The position numbers and the translations under genes are program-made. From Candidatus Heimdallarchaeota archaeon (GTDB taxonomy: Archaea > Asgardarchaeota > Heimdallarchaeia > Heimdallarchaeales > Heimdallarchaeaceae): a DNA stretch of 30,512 nucleotides. Shown one piece after another: positions 7,315 through 15,500 of this stretch (position 1 is the first letter of the stretch; every line of letters begins with the position of its first letter). The DNA lies in contig DAOVER010000035.1 in NCBI GenBank assembly GCA_030668875.1, forward strand, positions 1 to 30,512, read 5' to 3'. The notes below the pieces were generated by a model. That model saw only the letters and a list, made by a program, of their open reading frames with translations, searched no databases and was not told where the DNA came from.

Positions 7315-8322
7315 ATGTCTTCAGATCCCTACATTATTGTGAATCCCAATGCAAACACTGGTAAATTGGGTAAAAAACTAGACACCGCTTTAGCATTAGC
7401 TAAAGAGTATATTGGCGATTTTGAATATGCGGTTACAGAGAAACCACAACAAGAGAAAGAACTTGCTGCAGAAGCAATCAAGAAGGGCTTCAAAACATTA
7501 ATAGCTTTAGGTGGAGATGGAACTGCAACCAACATGGGTGATGCCATAATAGGCCATTCTGATGTCACTTTAGGCTTACTATCAGCTGGTTCAATGTGCG
7601 ATTGGCACAAGACTCACTCAATCCCTTATGGTCTAGAAGATAGTCTTAAGATTCTTGTAGAGGGACATAGTGAGAGATTTCCAGCAATCAAATGTTCAGG
7701 AGATACAACAAACTATGCTTTTGACTTGACAGATGGTGGTTTTACAGCAAGAGCAGCTGCTGCAGCACATTACGAAATGAAATGGATGAAAATAGGTTTA
7801 ATCAAATACAACTATTTAGCATTAAAATATGTCTTGAAATCTAAGAACATTCCAGCAAAAATAACTTTAGATGATAGAGACCCAATTGTTATTCCTGAAC
7901 TTACAAATGCCTTTGCAGGTGTTGGTGATGAAATCTCCGGTTTTCTTGTGATGCCAGGTAATGTTGAATACAGTCAAAAAAACAAGGATCTAGGTGTAGT
8001 AATTGCACATGGAATGAAAGGGTTAAATCGTGTAAAAATGCTCATAAAGGCAATTCCTGGTAATCATGTAGGGATGAAGGGTATACATTTTGATCGTTGT
8101 AGAAAAATGATTGTTGAAACTGAAGAACCATTATGCTGGGAAAATGAAGGCGAGATTTACAGTGAAAATAGTGCTAGAATAGAAATTGAACTAATCGATG
8201 ATGCAATTAGTGTTATTGTTCCAAAGAAAAGGACAAACAAAGTAGATTACGATGAAGAAATCTATCATCAAAAATTCGAAGAATCTTATACAAACAGAAA
8301 ATTCGAAAAAATTAAATACTAA
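7315..8322 (+). CDS. Diacylglycerol-kinase-family lipid kinase (YegS/BmrU-like)
   Basis: IIVNPNA, LGGDGT, LGLLSAGSMCDW and C-terminal ENEGE follow the DAGK catalytic and accessory layout. Confidence 0.85.
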   Translation: MSSDPYIIVNPNANTGKLGKKLDTALALAKEYIGDFEYAVTEKPQQEKELAAEAIKKGFKTLIALGGDGTATNMGDAIIGHSDVTLGLLSAGSMCDWHKTHSIPYGLEDSLKILVEGHSERFPAIKCSGDTTNYAFDLTDGGFTARAAAAAHYEMKWMKIGLIKYNYLALKYVLKSKNIPAKITLDDRDPIVIPELTNAFAGVGDEISGFLVMPGNVEYSQKNKDLGVVIAHGMKGLNRVKMLIKAIPGNHVGMKGIHFDRCRKMIVETEEPLCWENEGEIYSENSARIEIELIDDAISVIVPKKRTNKVDYDEEIYHQKFEESYTNRKFEKIKY

Positions 8323-8420
8323 TCCACTGTATTGTTCCTAAATTATCTCTCTATTGCTTTTTCTCCATTTTTTCTGCTTAAATTTTTTTTTGATATGTTT
8401 TACAATGTTCTAAATGAAAA

Positions 8421-8434
8421 AAGAAAATTTAAAA
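8421..8434 (+). promoter_or_regulatory. BRE/TATA promoter of alba
   Basis: AAGAAAA followed by TTTAAAA, about 50 nt upstream of ATG 8486. Confidence 0.55.
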
Positions 8435-8485
8435 GTGAGCAAAGCTATATCTAAATAGTCTCAAATAAATGGTGAGCTGTAAAAA

Positions 8486-8770
8486 ATGTCTAAAGAAATA
8501 AACGCTGTCTATATTGGACGTAAAAGAACTATGGATTACTGTTTAGTTGTGGTAACTATTTTTAACAAAGGTGAAAACCAATGTACAATACGTGCAAGAG
8601 GACGCTCAATTAGTACAGCAGTAGATGTTGCTGAAATTACTAAAAGAAAATATCTGTCAGTGATAGAAGTTTCTGATGTTAAAATTGGTTCAGAAGTACT
8701 GGAAGGTGATCATGGACCAAAAACTGTTTCAACTATAGATATAACTCTAAAACGAAAATCAGACAAATAA
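8486..8770 (+). CDS. albA: DNA/RNA-binding protein Alba
   Basis: VYIGRKRTMDY, IRARGRSISTAVDVAE, V.IGSE and VSTIDITL, in a 94-aa protein. Confidence 0.95.
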   Translation: MSKEINAVYIGRKRTMDYCLVVVTIFNKGENQCTIRARGRSISTAVDVAEITKRKYLSVIEVSDVKIGSEVLEGDHGPKTVSTIDITLKRKSDK

Positions 8771-8837
8771 TAAACAAGCAAATTGCTTATTTCAGTTAAC
8801 CTTTTTGTATTGTGATAGGTATTCTAAGAAAGTTAGA

Positions 8838-9587
8838 TTAATGAAATATCTGAGTTATTGCTTTATCTAATTCCGAATCTTTTGGGCTACCATCAAATGC
8901 TATTACTTTGTTTATACAGACAATTCTGTGGCAATATGCTCTTAGAATTTCTATATTATGTCCTACGGTGATGATGGTGATTTTGTGTGTATAATTGAGA
9001 TACTCTAAAAGTTCCATAATATCCTCTGTCATTCGGAAATCTAAAGCGGAAGTGAATTCATCTAACAATAATACTTCAGCTTCAGCTGCTAATGCTTGCG
9101 CGATGAGGACCCTCTGTTGTTGCCCTCCACTAAGGTGCCCAATGGGTCTTTCAGCAGCATGTTCCATATCTACTAATCGTAAGGCATCCATAGCTTTTTG
9201 TTTGTCAATTTTTCTAATCCTGCTTACTAATCCTGCTTTTGCATATCTTCCCATCTCCACTACATCTTTTACTAGTGCTGGGAAATTTTTGTCTATAGTA
9301 GTAATTTGTGGGACATATCCTATTCGAAACCTAGTATGAACTGGAACAGTATCAATTATCTCTTCCCCATACAGTGTCATTCTTCCTGCAATTGGTTGAA
9401 TCAAACCTATCATTGTTTTTAGTAGTGTTGTTTTTCCACTTCCGTTTGGACCACAAATTCCAATAAAATCTCCTTTTTTTACATCTAAGTTTATCTCATA
9501 TAAAGCAGCAAAGTCACCATAAACGACACTTATATCCTTCATACAAGCAACTATATCGCTATCAGGTGATATATCATCGACCGTCAC
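8838..9587 (-). CDS. Zn/Mn ABC transporter ATP-binding subunit (ZnuC/MntA-like)
   Basis: Walker A GPNGSGKT, IGYVPQ, LSGGQQQRV, LLLDE and H-loop VGHN. It overlaps the permease stop by 4 nt. Confidence 0.93.
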   Translation of the reverse strand: MTVDDISPDSDIVACMKDISVVYGDFAALYEINLDVKKGDFIGICGPNGSGKTTLLKTMIGLIQPIAGRMTLYGEEIIDTVPVHTRFRIGYVPQITTIDKNFPALVKDVVEMGRYAKAGLVSRIRKIDKQKAMDALRLVDMEHAAERPIGHLSGGQQQRVLIAQALAAEAEVLLLDEFTSALDFRMTEDIMELLEYLNYTHKITIITVGHNIEILRAYCHRIVCINKVIAFDGSPKDSELDKAITQIFH

Positions 9588-10606
9588 TCTTCACCCTCCA
9601 TTTCATGTTTGTGTTTAGAAGGAGTACTTTTTTCCTTCAAATCTTTCTTATAAATAATCAACTCTCCCTCACTATGCTTGTGTGGAATTTCTCTGGCTAT
9701 ACAGCTTTCCTCTAAACAGAATTTTCTACCATCGATGGATTTCGCGCAATATTCACAATTCTCAATATCCTGTCCTGTTCCAGATTTCCTTCTCTTCGGA
9801 GACACAATAAATGATAAAGCAAAAATTAATGTTGCAACTCCAACAATAGTTGATCCAGAAGGTAGATCCCAGATAAATGAGAAAAATAATCCTAGAAAAG
9901 CTGAAATTACACCAAATAGTGCTGACAACAAAAGCATTTTGTTTAGCTTAAATGTCCATTGATAAGCTGCTGCAGCAGGTGTAATTATCATTGCAAAAAC
10001 TAAAATTGCTCCTATTGCTTTCAATGAAACATCAATTGTAATTGCTATAAGTATTAGAAAGAGATAATTAATAAATCTTATTGGAATACCTGCTACTGAA
10101 GCCATTTCTTCATTAAATGTTATCAAGTATAATTCCTTCTTTAGAGCAATAATGATGACTAAAACCCCTACAGCCATACTAATAAGTAAAATGAAATTTT
10201 CCCAAGAAATGAGGAGAATATCTCCAAATAATATTGAAGTTACGTCTGTTGAGTAAAATGGCATTAATCCTATGAAGAGTATAGCTAGAGCCATGAAACT
10301 GGTAAATACTACTCCAATAATTACTTCATCTTTCATAACCTTCTTCTCATTAACATAACCAATACCTACAGAAGCAGTGACTCCAAAAATCATAACTGTA
10401 ATAAGTGGGTCTATACCTAAGAGTATCCCCAATGCAGCTCCGGCAAAAGCTGAATGGGCTATTGCTTCACCAAGAAAAACCATGCCTTTTAACAGAACAA
10501 AAACCCCGACAATCCCCCCTAAAACTCCAATGATTACAGCTGTAAACAAAGCTTTAATCATTAACGGTGTTGCTAAAGAGTATATGAAATCAAGAATCGA
10601 TGCCAT
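9584..10606 (-). CDS. Zn/Mn ABC transporter permease (ZnuB/MntB-like) with a Cys/His-rich C-terminal tail
   Basis: GEAIAHSAFAG, ILFGDIL, GAILVFAMIITPAAAA and PSGSTIV motifs. The tail reads CEYC...CLEESC...HKH...HKH. Confidence 0.92.
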   Translation of the reverse strand: MASILDFIYSLATPLMIKALFTAVIIGVLGGIVGVFVLLKGMVFLGEAIAHSAFAGAALGILLGIDPLITVMIFGVTASVGIGYVNEKKVMKDEVIIGVVFTSFMALAILFIGLMPFYSTDVTSILFGDILLISWENFILLISMAVGVLVIIIALKKELYLITFNEEMASVAGIPIRFINYLFLILIAITIDVSLKAIGAILVFAMIITPAAAAYQWTFKLNKMLLLSALFGVISAFLGLFFSFIWDLPSGSTIVGVATLIFALSFIVSPKRRKSGTGQDIENCEYCAKSIDGRKFCLEESCIAREIPHKHSEGELIIYKKDLKEKSTPSKHKHEMEGEE

Positions 10607-10686
10607 GTACTAGAAGAGTTAAGTGAAATATAAAATGATTTTGGGTATGTACAAAAATTAATATAAAGAAGAATCAGTTTTTTTAC

Positions 10687-11757
10687 TTGATGTGTTCTAA
10701 AACGCAGAAAATAGTTGTTCTCATTTTTGCTATGTTTCTCTTTCTATCACCATATTCAGTTATGGCTAGTACGTCTTATAAGCCAGTTATAGTTTCTAAC
10801 ATAAATGAAACTAGTGGAGTAATTAGCGTTGTGACGACATTATCAATAATAGCCGATTGGGCTACTCAAGTGGGTGATACACTGTTCACTCCAGCTTCTG
10901 TTGTTACAGGTTCTGAGGATCCTCATACTTATTCCTTGACTTCAAGTGAGATTCAGATGATAGGTGAAGCAGATTTGTTTGTAAGACTGGGTTTACCTGG
11001 AATTGAACCTTGGGTTGAGAATATTTTAGACGCATTTCCTTCTCTGAATGTTCTTACACTAGCCTCAGAGGAGATGATGGAAATTGATCCTGTTTCAGGA
11101 TATCTAAATGCACATGTGTGGATGAGTCCTATAATTGCTAAAAACTTTGTTTCAAACATAACAGATAGTATTATACAACTGGACATTGCAAATAGAGAAC
11201 AATATGAAACAAACAGAGACAATTATCTATCTGATTTAGATGAGTTGATATTTGATATCGAAGATTATTATTTCAATAAGACCAACGGCTTAAAGGTAGT
11301 CGTACAACATCCTTCATTTTTCTACTTGTTAAATTTGCTTGGTGTTGAAAGAGTAGGAATAATTGAAGAGCATGAAGGTTCAGAACCTTCAGCACAACAC
11401 ATTCAAGAAATTATTAACATTATGATAGAACAAAATGTGTCCACTATTATCACCCAACCACAAATTGAGGAACAATTAGTTATACAGATTGCTAGAGATA
11501 CAAATTCTAAAATTGCTATATTAACACCAATGTTGCTCGATGATGAAGATGCCAATTATATCCAAATGATAATAGATGATATTAACGCGCTGTTGTCCCC
11601 AGAAGATATCGAAGACAATCAATGGATTGTAGCATCTTTAGCTATCGGTGGTGGATTTTTTGTGGGTAGTATTCTACTGCTTGTCTATCTACGTTTTAAG
11701 GGGAATATTTTCAAATTCAAGAAAGAAAAAATTAAACCAAAAACCAATAGGGAATGA
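10687..11757 (+). CDS. Zn/Mn ABC transporter substrate-binding protein (ZnuA/TroA-like) with a C-terminal TM anchor
   Basis: Signal peptide, metal-ligand motifs DPHTY, NAHVW, QHPSF and EPS, and a hydrophobic C-terminal helix followed by basic residues. Divergent from the permease/ATPase pair. Confidence 0.9.
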   Translation: MMCSKTQKIVVLIFAMFLFLSPYSVMASTSYKPVIVSNINETSGVISVVTTLSIIADWATQVGDTLFTPASVVTGSEDPHTYSLTSSEIQMIGEADLFVRLGLPGIEPWVENILDAFPSLNVLTLASEEMMEIDPVSGYLNAHVWMSPIIAKNFVSNITDSIIQLDIANREQYETNRDNYLSDLDELIFDIEDYYFNKTNGLKVVVQHPSFFYLLNLLGVERVGIIEEHEGSEPSAQHIQEIINIMIEQNVSTIITQPQIEEQLVIQIARDTNSKIAILTPMLLDDEDANYIQMIIDDINALLSPEDIEDNQWIVASLAIGGGFFVGSILLLVYLRFKGNIFKFKKEKIKPKTNRE

Positions 11758-11761
11758 TTTT

Positions 11762-12550
11762 GTGTCAGATAAAATCGCTCTTATAACTGGAGCTTCAAGT
11801 GGAATTGGTAAATCTTTTGCAGAAATTCTCGCAAAAGAAGGATATAATTTAATTTTAGTTGCAAGAAGAAAACAGAAGTTAAATGCATTAGCTGAAAATC
11901 TTACTAAGCAGTTTTCAATAGAATCTAAAGTATTGGTCGCAGACTTAGCTAAACTAGAACAAGTAAAAGTGGTGGAAGAAACTATAAAATCGTTAGAACA
12001 TATTGATATTTTAGTGAATAATGCTGGTTTTGGATTATATTCTAGTTTTACTGAAGATAATTATGAACGGCAGCTAGATATGGTAAATGTTCATGTTGTT
12101 GCAAGTTATATGTTCTGTCGTGCTGCAGTTCCTATCATGCTTAGAAAGAATGAAGGAATAATAATCAACGTTTCATCAATGAGTGGATTGATGACGAAGT
12201 ATGGGAATGTGACCTATACGACTACGAAAGCTTTTCTCATAGTACTTTCAGAATCACTACAAGAGGAATTGAGGAACACAAATATTAAGATTCAAGCTCT
12301 CTGTCCTGGAATGACTTATTCTGAATTTCATGACACCAAAGAACTTGAAGAATTCGACCGTTCTACAGTTCCAAAAAGACTATGGATGTGCTCTAACGAA
12401 GTTGTTACAAAATCCCTGAGAGCAGCTCGTAAAGGTAAGGTTGTTTATGTACCCGGTTTCCTGAATCGATTATCCTTGCTCTTCTTCAAGCTATTTTTAG
12501 TCAGGAAAATATCCCAATGTTTTATCTCGAGAAATGAAAAAAAGGCATAA
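11762..12550 (+). CDS. Short-chain dehydrogenase/reductase (classical SDR)
   Basis: TGASSGIG, LVNNAG, NVSS and catalytic YTTTK. The likely start is GTG 11762; the ORF-track start at 11648 overlaps the upstream gene. Confidence 0.92.
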   Translation: MSDKIALITGASSGIGKSFAEILAKEGYNLILVARRKQKLNALAENLTKQFSIESKVLVADLAKLEQVKVVEETIKSLEHIDILVNNAGFGLYSSFTEDNYERQLDMVNVHVVASYMFCRAAVPIMLRKNEGIIINVSSMSGLMTKYGNVTYTTTKAFLIVLSESLQEELRNTNIKIQALCPGMTYSEFHDTKELEEFDRSTVPKRLWMCSNEVVTKSLRAARKGKVVYVPGFLNRLSLLFFKLFLVRKISQCFISRNEKKA

Positions 12551-12565
12551 TGTTTCAGTGTTCAA

Positions 12566-13762
12566 TTATTCTAGCAATGGTTGAAATGCATTGGTTATTT
12601 GTACTGTTCCATTTTTACTAATTACATATGTATTTTCTGAACCTATAACCATCTCTTTCGGATAGATCAATTTTGGCTCTAACGCGATAACATTACCTAC
12701 TTTTAAAATATAATCCGATTTTCTGGTGATAACTGGAGGTTCACTTAGTTCTAAACCAACTCCGTGTCCCAAGAAAGGTATTTGCCCACCAAGCATTAGT
12801 TCATTTTTAACACCGAGTTCTTCAGCGAAGTCATATGTTTCATGATAAAGCTCACTAACTTGTTTCCCTTTTTTCATCTTGTTACTCATGAATTTCTCAA
12901 ATTCCAAGGTTTTTTGATACCTGTCTTTGATTTCTTCTGAAGCTTGACCTAGTACATGACATCTAGTTTCATCTGTAATGTAACCTTTGTAAGCAAGTGA
13001 AAAATCAACAAAAATAATTTCTCCTCGCTTAATCTTCTTGAAACTTGGTCCAGATGGGTGTGATTGATGTATCCCAGGACCTGCTGTAGCTGTCAGAGTA
13101 TAACTACTAATTGCAGTATTATTACCAGATAAAATAAGTCCTATTCCTCCTGTTTCTGTGTAAAAATCTCTACTTCTAACTGTGGGTTGAGCTCCTCTAA
13201 TTCTCATTTCGGAGTTAAGTTTCGAGCTAGCTTCAATTTCTGTTATACCTTCATAAATTATGGAAGGGAACAGATTATGGATTTCGTCTAGAATACTCGC
13301 AGATTTTTTCAAAACATCAATTTCATTTTCACTTTTAACAGATCGTATCTTCCGGAGCAAAGGACCAATAGAAATAGCTTGTTTTGTTGGGAATATTTTT
13401 TCAGCTTTGTGAAACATATCCGCAGGGAGAATGTCTCCTTCAAGACCAAATTTACCTCCTTTTACTCTAACCCCGCGATCATTTAAATGTGAGAAAATTT
13501 CTCTAGTATTTTTTATTGTAATAATATTGTCTAAAGCTGTTTCTTGCTTTATTCTATTGATGTCTCGCCTTCCAAAGAGTAATGGATCACTTTCAGCTGG
13601 TATCACTAGTATACAAGATTGACCAGTTCCTGAATAATAATAGAGATCGGATTTATATTGAATTATAGAAAAATCTATCTTAGATTCTATAATCTCTTTT
13701 TGATGATTCTCTATCCTACCCAAAAACTCTTTGTTAGGAAAAAAATCCTGTTCTAATATCAT
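12566..13762 (-). CDS. Xaa-Pro aminopeptidase/prolidase, family M24B
   Basis: Creatinase-like N domain and pita-bread metal ligands VDF...YITDETR, GHGVGLE, LEPK and SENT. Confidence 0.9.
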   Translation of the reverse strand: MILEQDFFPNKEFLGRIENHQKEIIESKIDFSIIQYKSDLYYYSGTGQSCILVIPAESDPLLFGRRDINRIKQETALDNIITIKNTREIFSHLNDRGVRVKGGKFGLEGDILPADMFHKAEKIFPTKQAISIGPLLRKIRSVKSENEIDVLKKSASILDEIHNLFPSIIYEGITEIEASSKLNSEMRIRGAQPTVRSRDFYTETGGIGLILSGNNTAISSYTLTATAGPGIHQSHPSGPSFKKIKRGEIIFVDFSLAYKGYITDETRCHVLGQASEEIKDRYQKTLEFEKFMSNKMKKGKQVSELYHETYDFAEELGVKNELMLGGQIPFLGHGVGLELSEPPVITRKSDYILKVGNVIALEPKLIYPKEMVIGSENTYVISKNGTVQITNAFQPLLE

Positions 13763-13812
13763 CTAAGTGCGGTAAACAAAGGAAATAAAATATTTTGTGA
13801 TGAGTGAATATT

Positions 13813-14469
13813 TCATACAACCTGTACCCATCTAGGTTCAAATTGATTTTTAGCAAACTTGATTCTAACAAGCTGTTGAGGACCAGTGGGTTCGTCTGTT
13901 CTTTTTGTTTCAGCTAGAACATCAACTATTGTATGGAGCGTCTTTTCTGTTTGTTCGTCTATAACTCCGGAGTCTAATAAGAGTAAGATAGCTTGATTCC
14001 TTTCTCTACTCCTTGCTGCTAATGTTTGAAGGAAGTTCAAAACCTGCATTGGTTGATTGTATAATGTTAGGAGAGCAAGTTGATCAAACACAATTCGTAG
14101 CTTCGACGCTTTTTTAGATTGCTCGTTCAAGGTTACAGAGAGAGTGAGTAAATCGTTTGCATTGTCTAAAAAGAATGTTTTAGGAGGTTTATCCTTTGGA
14201 ATTGATCTATAAGAAATAGCATCTATGATGTTAAGCTGACCTTTCTCAAGGCGTTTTTCATTCTTTTCATCTCGTTTTTTCAATTCCTCAAGATAATCAG
14301 TAGCTGAGTGTGCGAATAGGACTGCAATAACATTTTCTCCTTTCTGAAAACCATCCTCTACAAATCGGAATGCCATCTCTTCTTTTGCTGTTCCTGATTC
14401 ACCTATCATTAAGATTACTGAACTTTCAACGCTATCAACCAAAATATCAATACTAGTTCTTACTGACAT
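13813..14469 (-). CDS. KaiC/RAD55-like RecA-superfamily ATPase domain protein with degenerate motifs
   Basis: Walker A-like GESGTAKE, Walker B-like RIVFDQL, and C-terminal IVDVLAE...LVRIKFAK, following the single-domain KaiC layout. Confidence 0.75.
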   Translation of the reverse strand: MSVRTSIDILVDSVESSVILMIGESGTAKEEMAFRFVEDGFQKGENVIAVLFAHSATDYLEELKKRDEKNEKRLEKGQLNIIDAISYRSIPKDKPPKTFFLDNANDLLTLSVTLNEQSKKASKLRIVFDQLALLTLYNQPMQVLNFLQTLAARSRERNQAILLLLDSGVIDEQTEKTLHTIVDVLAETKRTDEPTGPQQLVRIKFAKNQFEPRWVQVV

Positions 14470-14482
14470 ACATAATCCTCTT

Positions 14483-15328
14483 TTATTTCAATTCAGCAAC
14501 AACTTTCTTGCAGAAGGCTAATGATTTAGGAATGAAGTCTTTTGTATCAAGAGTCTTTGCTGCTAGCCTTAATCTGTGACTAATTTGCATGGGATCAATA
14601 TCTATCTTACTATTGTATTTATCTTCAAAAAGAATTATAGCTGAACTTCGGTAAAATTCTTTTTCCCCATGGTAGTAGAGATATGCACACCCGCATCCAA
14701 GTACTGCTTCTACTGTTAAGTATAGTTTGTCATAGTCCTCAATCTCATCAGTCTCAATAATCTCCTCAAGTTGTTCTAGATAGACACTAGCCATCTCTTT
14801 AGCAGATATTTTGACATTTTCTTCGCTAATCTTAATCTTTGCAAAAGGATTGTCTCCTATTAGTGTTTTACCTCGCTGAGCTACCAACACTTTTGTCCAA
14901 GGATAATCTGTTTCACCTTTAGTGGGTACATCATTTGCTCCTAAAACTTCAACATCGATTATTGAACCATACAGTGGCTCTTCTAGATATTTGAAAACAA
15001 TCTCACTAATTGCTTCCATGGATTTTTGAAAATTGTCTCCTGATGCTTTTTCATCTAAGACTATAAGAAAATCACAATCAGATTCACCAGCAATGTGCTC
15101 TTTTGAGACATAGCTTCCGATTAAAAGAAGACTCTTAACTTCTTTGGACAACTCTTTTTTAACATCTTTAGTAAATTCATCAACCAGATTTTTATATTCA
15201 TCTCGCATAAACAAAGGACCCATTGGTTTTCCGTCAGGACCAAGTGGTCTGCCATCAGGGCCAACAGGACGAATACCAGGAGAACGAGCTGGAGGTTCAG
15301 CAGGAGGTTTAGAGGGAGGTGTGCTCAT
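14483..15328 (-). CDS. Pol-beta-superfamily nucleotidyltransferase with a helical C-terminal domain and a Pro/Gly-rich N-terminal extension
   Basis: LLLIGSYVSKEHIAGESDCDFLIVL (hGS..DxD) with a third acidic residue in IDVEVL, followed by a helical bundle. The N-terminus has PPxxPP and GPDG repeats. Confidence 0.8.
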   Translation of the reverse strand: MSTPPSKPPAEPPARSPGIRPVGPDGRPLGPDGKPMGPLFMRDEYKNLVDEFTKDVKKELSKEVKSLLLIGSYVSKEHIAGESDCDFLIVLDEKASGDNFQKSMEAISEIVFKYLEEPLYGSIIDVEVLGANDVPTKGETDYPWTKVLVAQRGKTLIGDNPFAKIKISEENVKISAKEMASVYLEQLEEIIETDEIEDYDKLYLTVEAVLGCGCAYLYYHGEKEFYRSSAIILFEDKYNSKIDIDPMQISHRLRLAAKTLDTKDFIPKSLAFCKKVVAELK

Positions 15329-15500
15329 TGTTAATCACTTGTAATTTTATTTTCGTTTGTCGCTAAACAAACAATTGTTGATACTCTCTTAAACTTTACT
15401 TAATTTGTAAAAGAAGTGTTGATTGTTAAATATTTCTCAACAAAACAGCTTAAACTTTATATTACTCGGTTTTGTTTATTTCTTACAAATAGCTGGTTGT

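Noticed and set aside
10607-10686. Possible metal-regulator operator (AAAAT-G-ATTTT) between the divergent ABC genes
   Set aside because: Too short and AT-rich to distinguish from promoter background, and no regulator gene is adjacent.
14483-15328. MNT-HEPN toxin-antitoxin or CBASS-type cyclase
   Set aside because: No Rx4-6H HEPN RNase motif, no adjacent toxin or effector gene, and no CD-NTase-specific features were recognisable.
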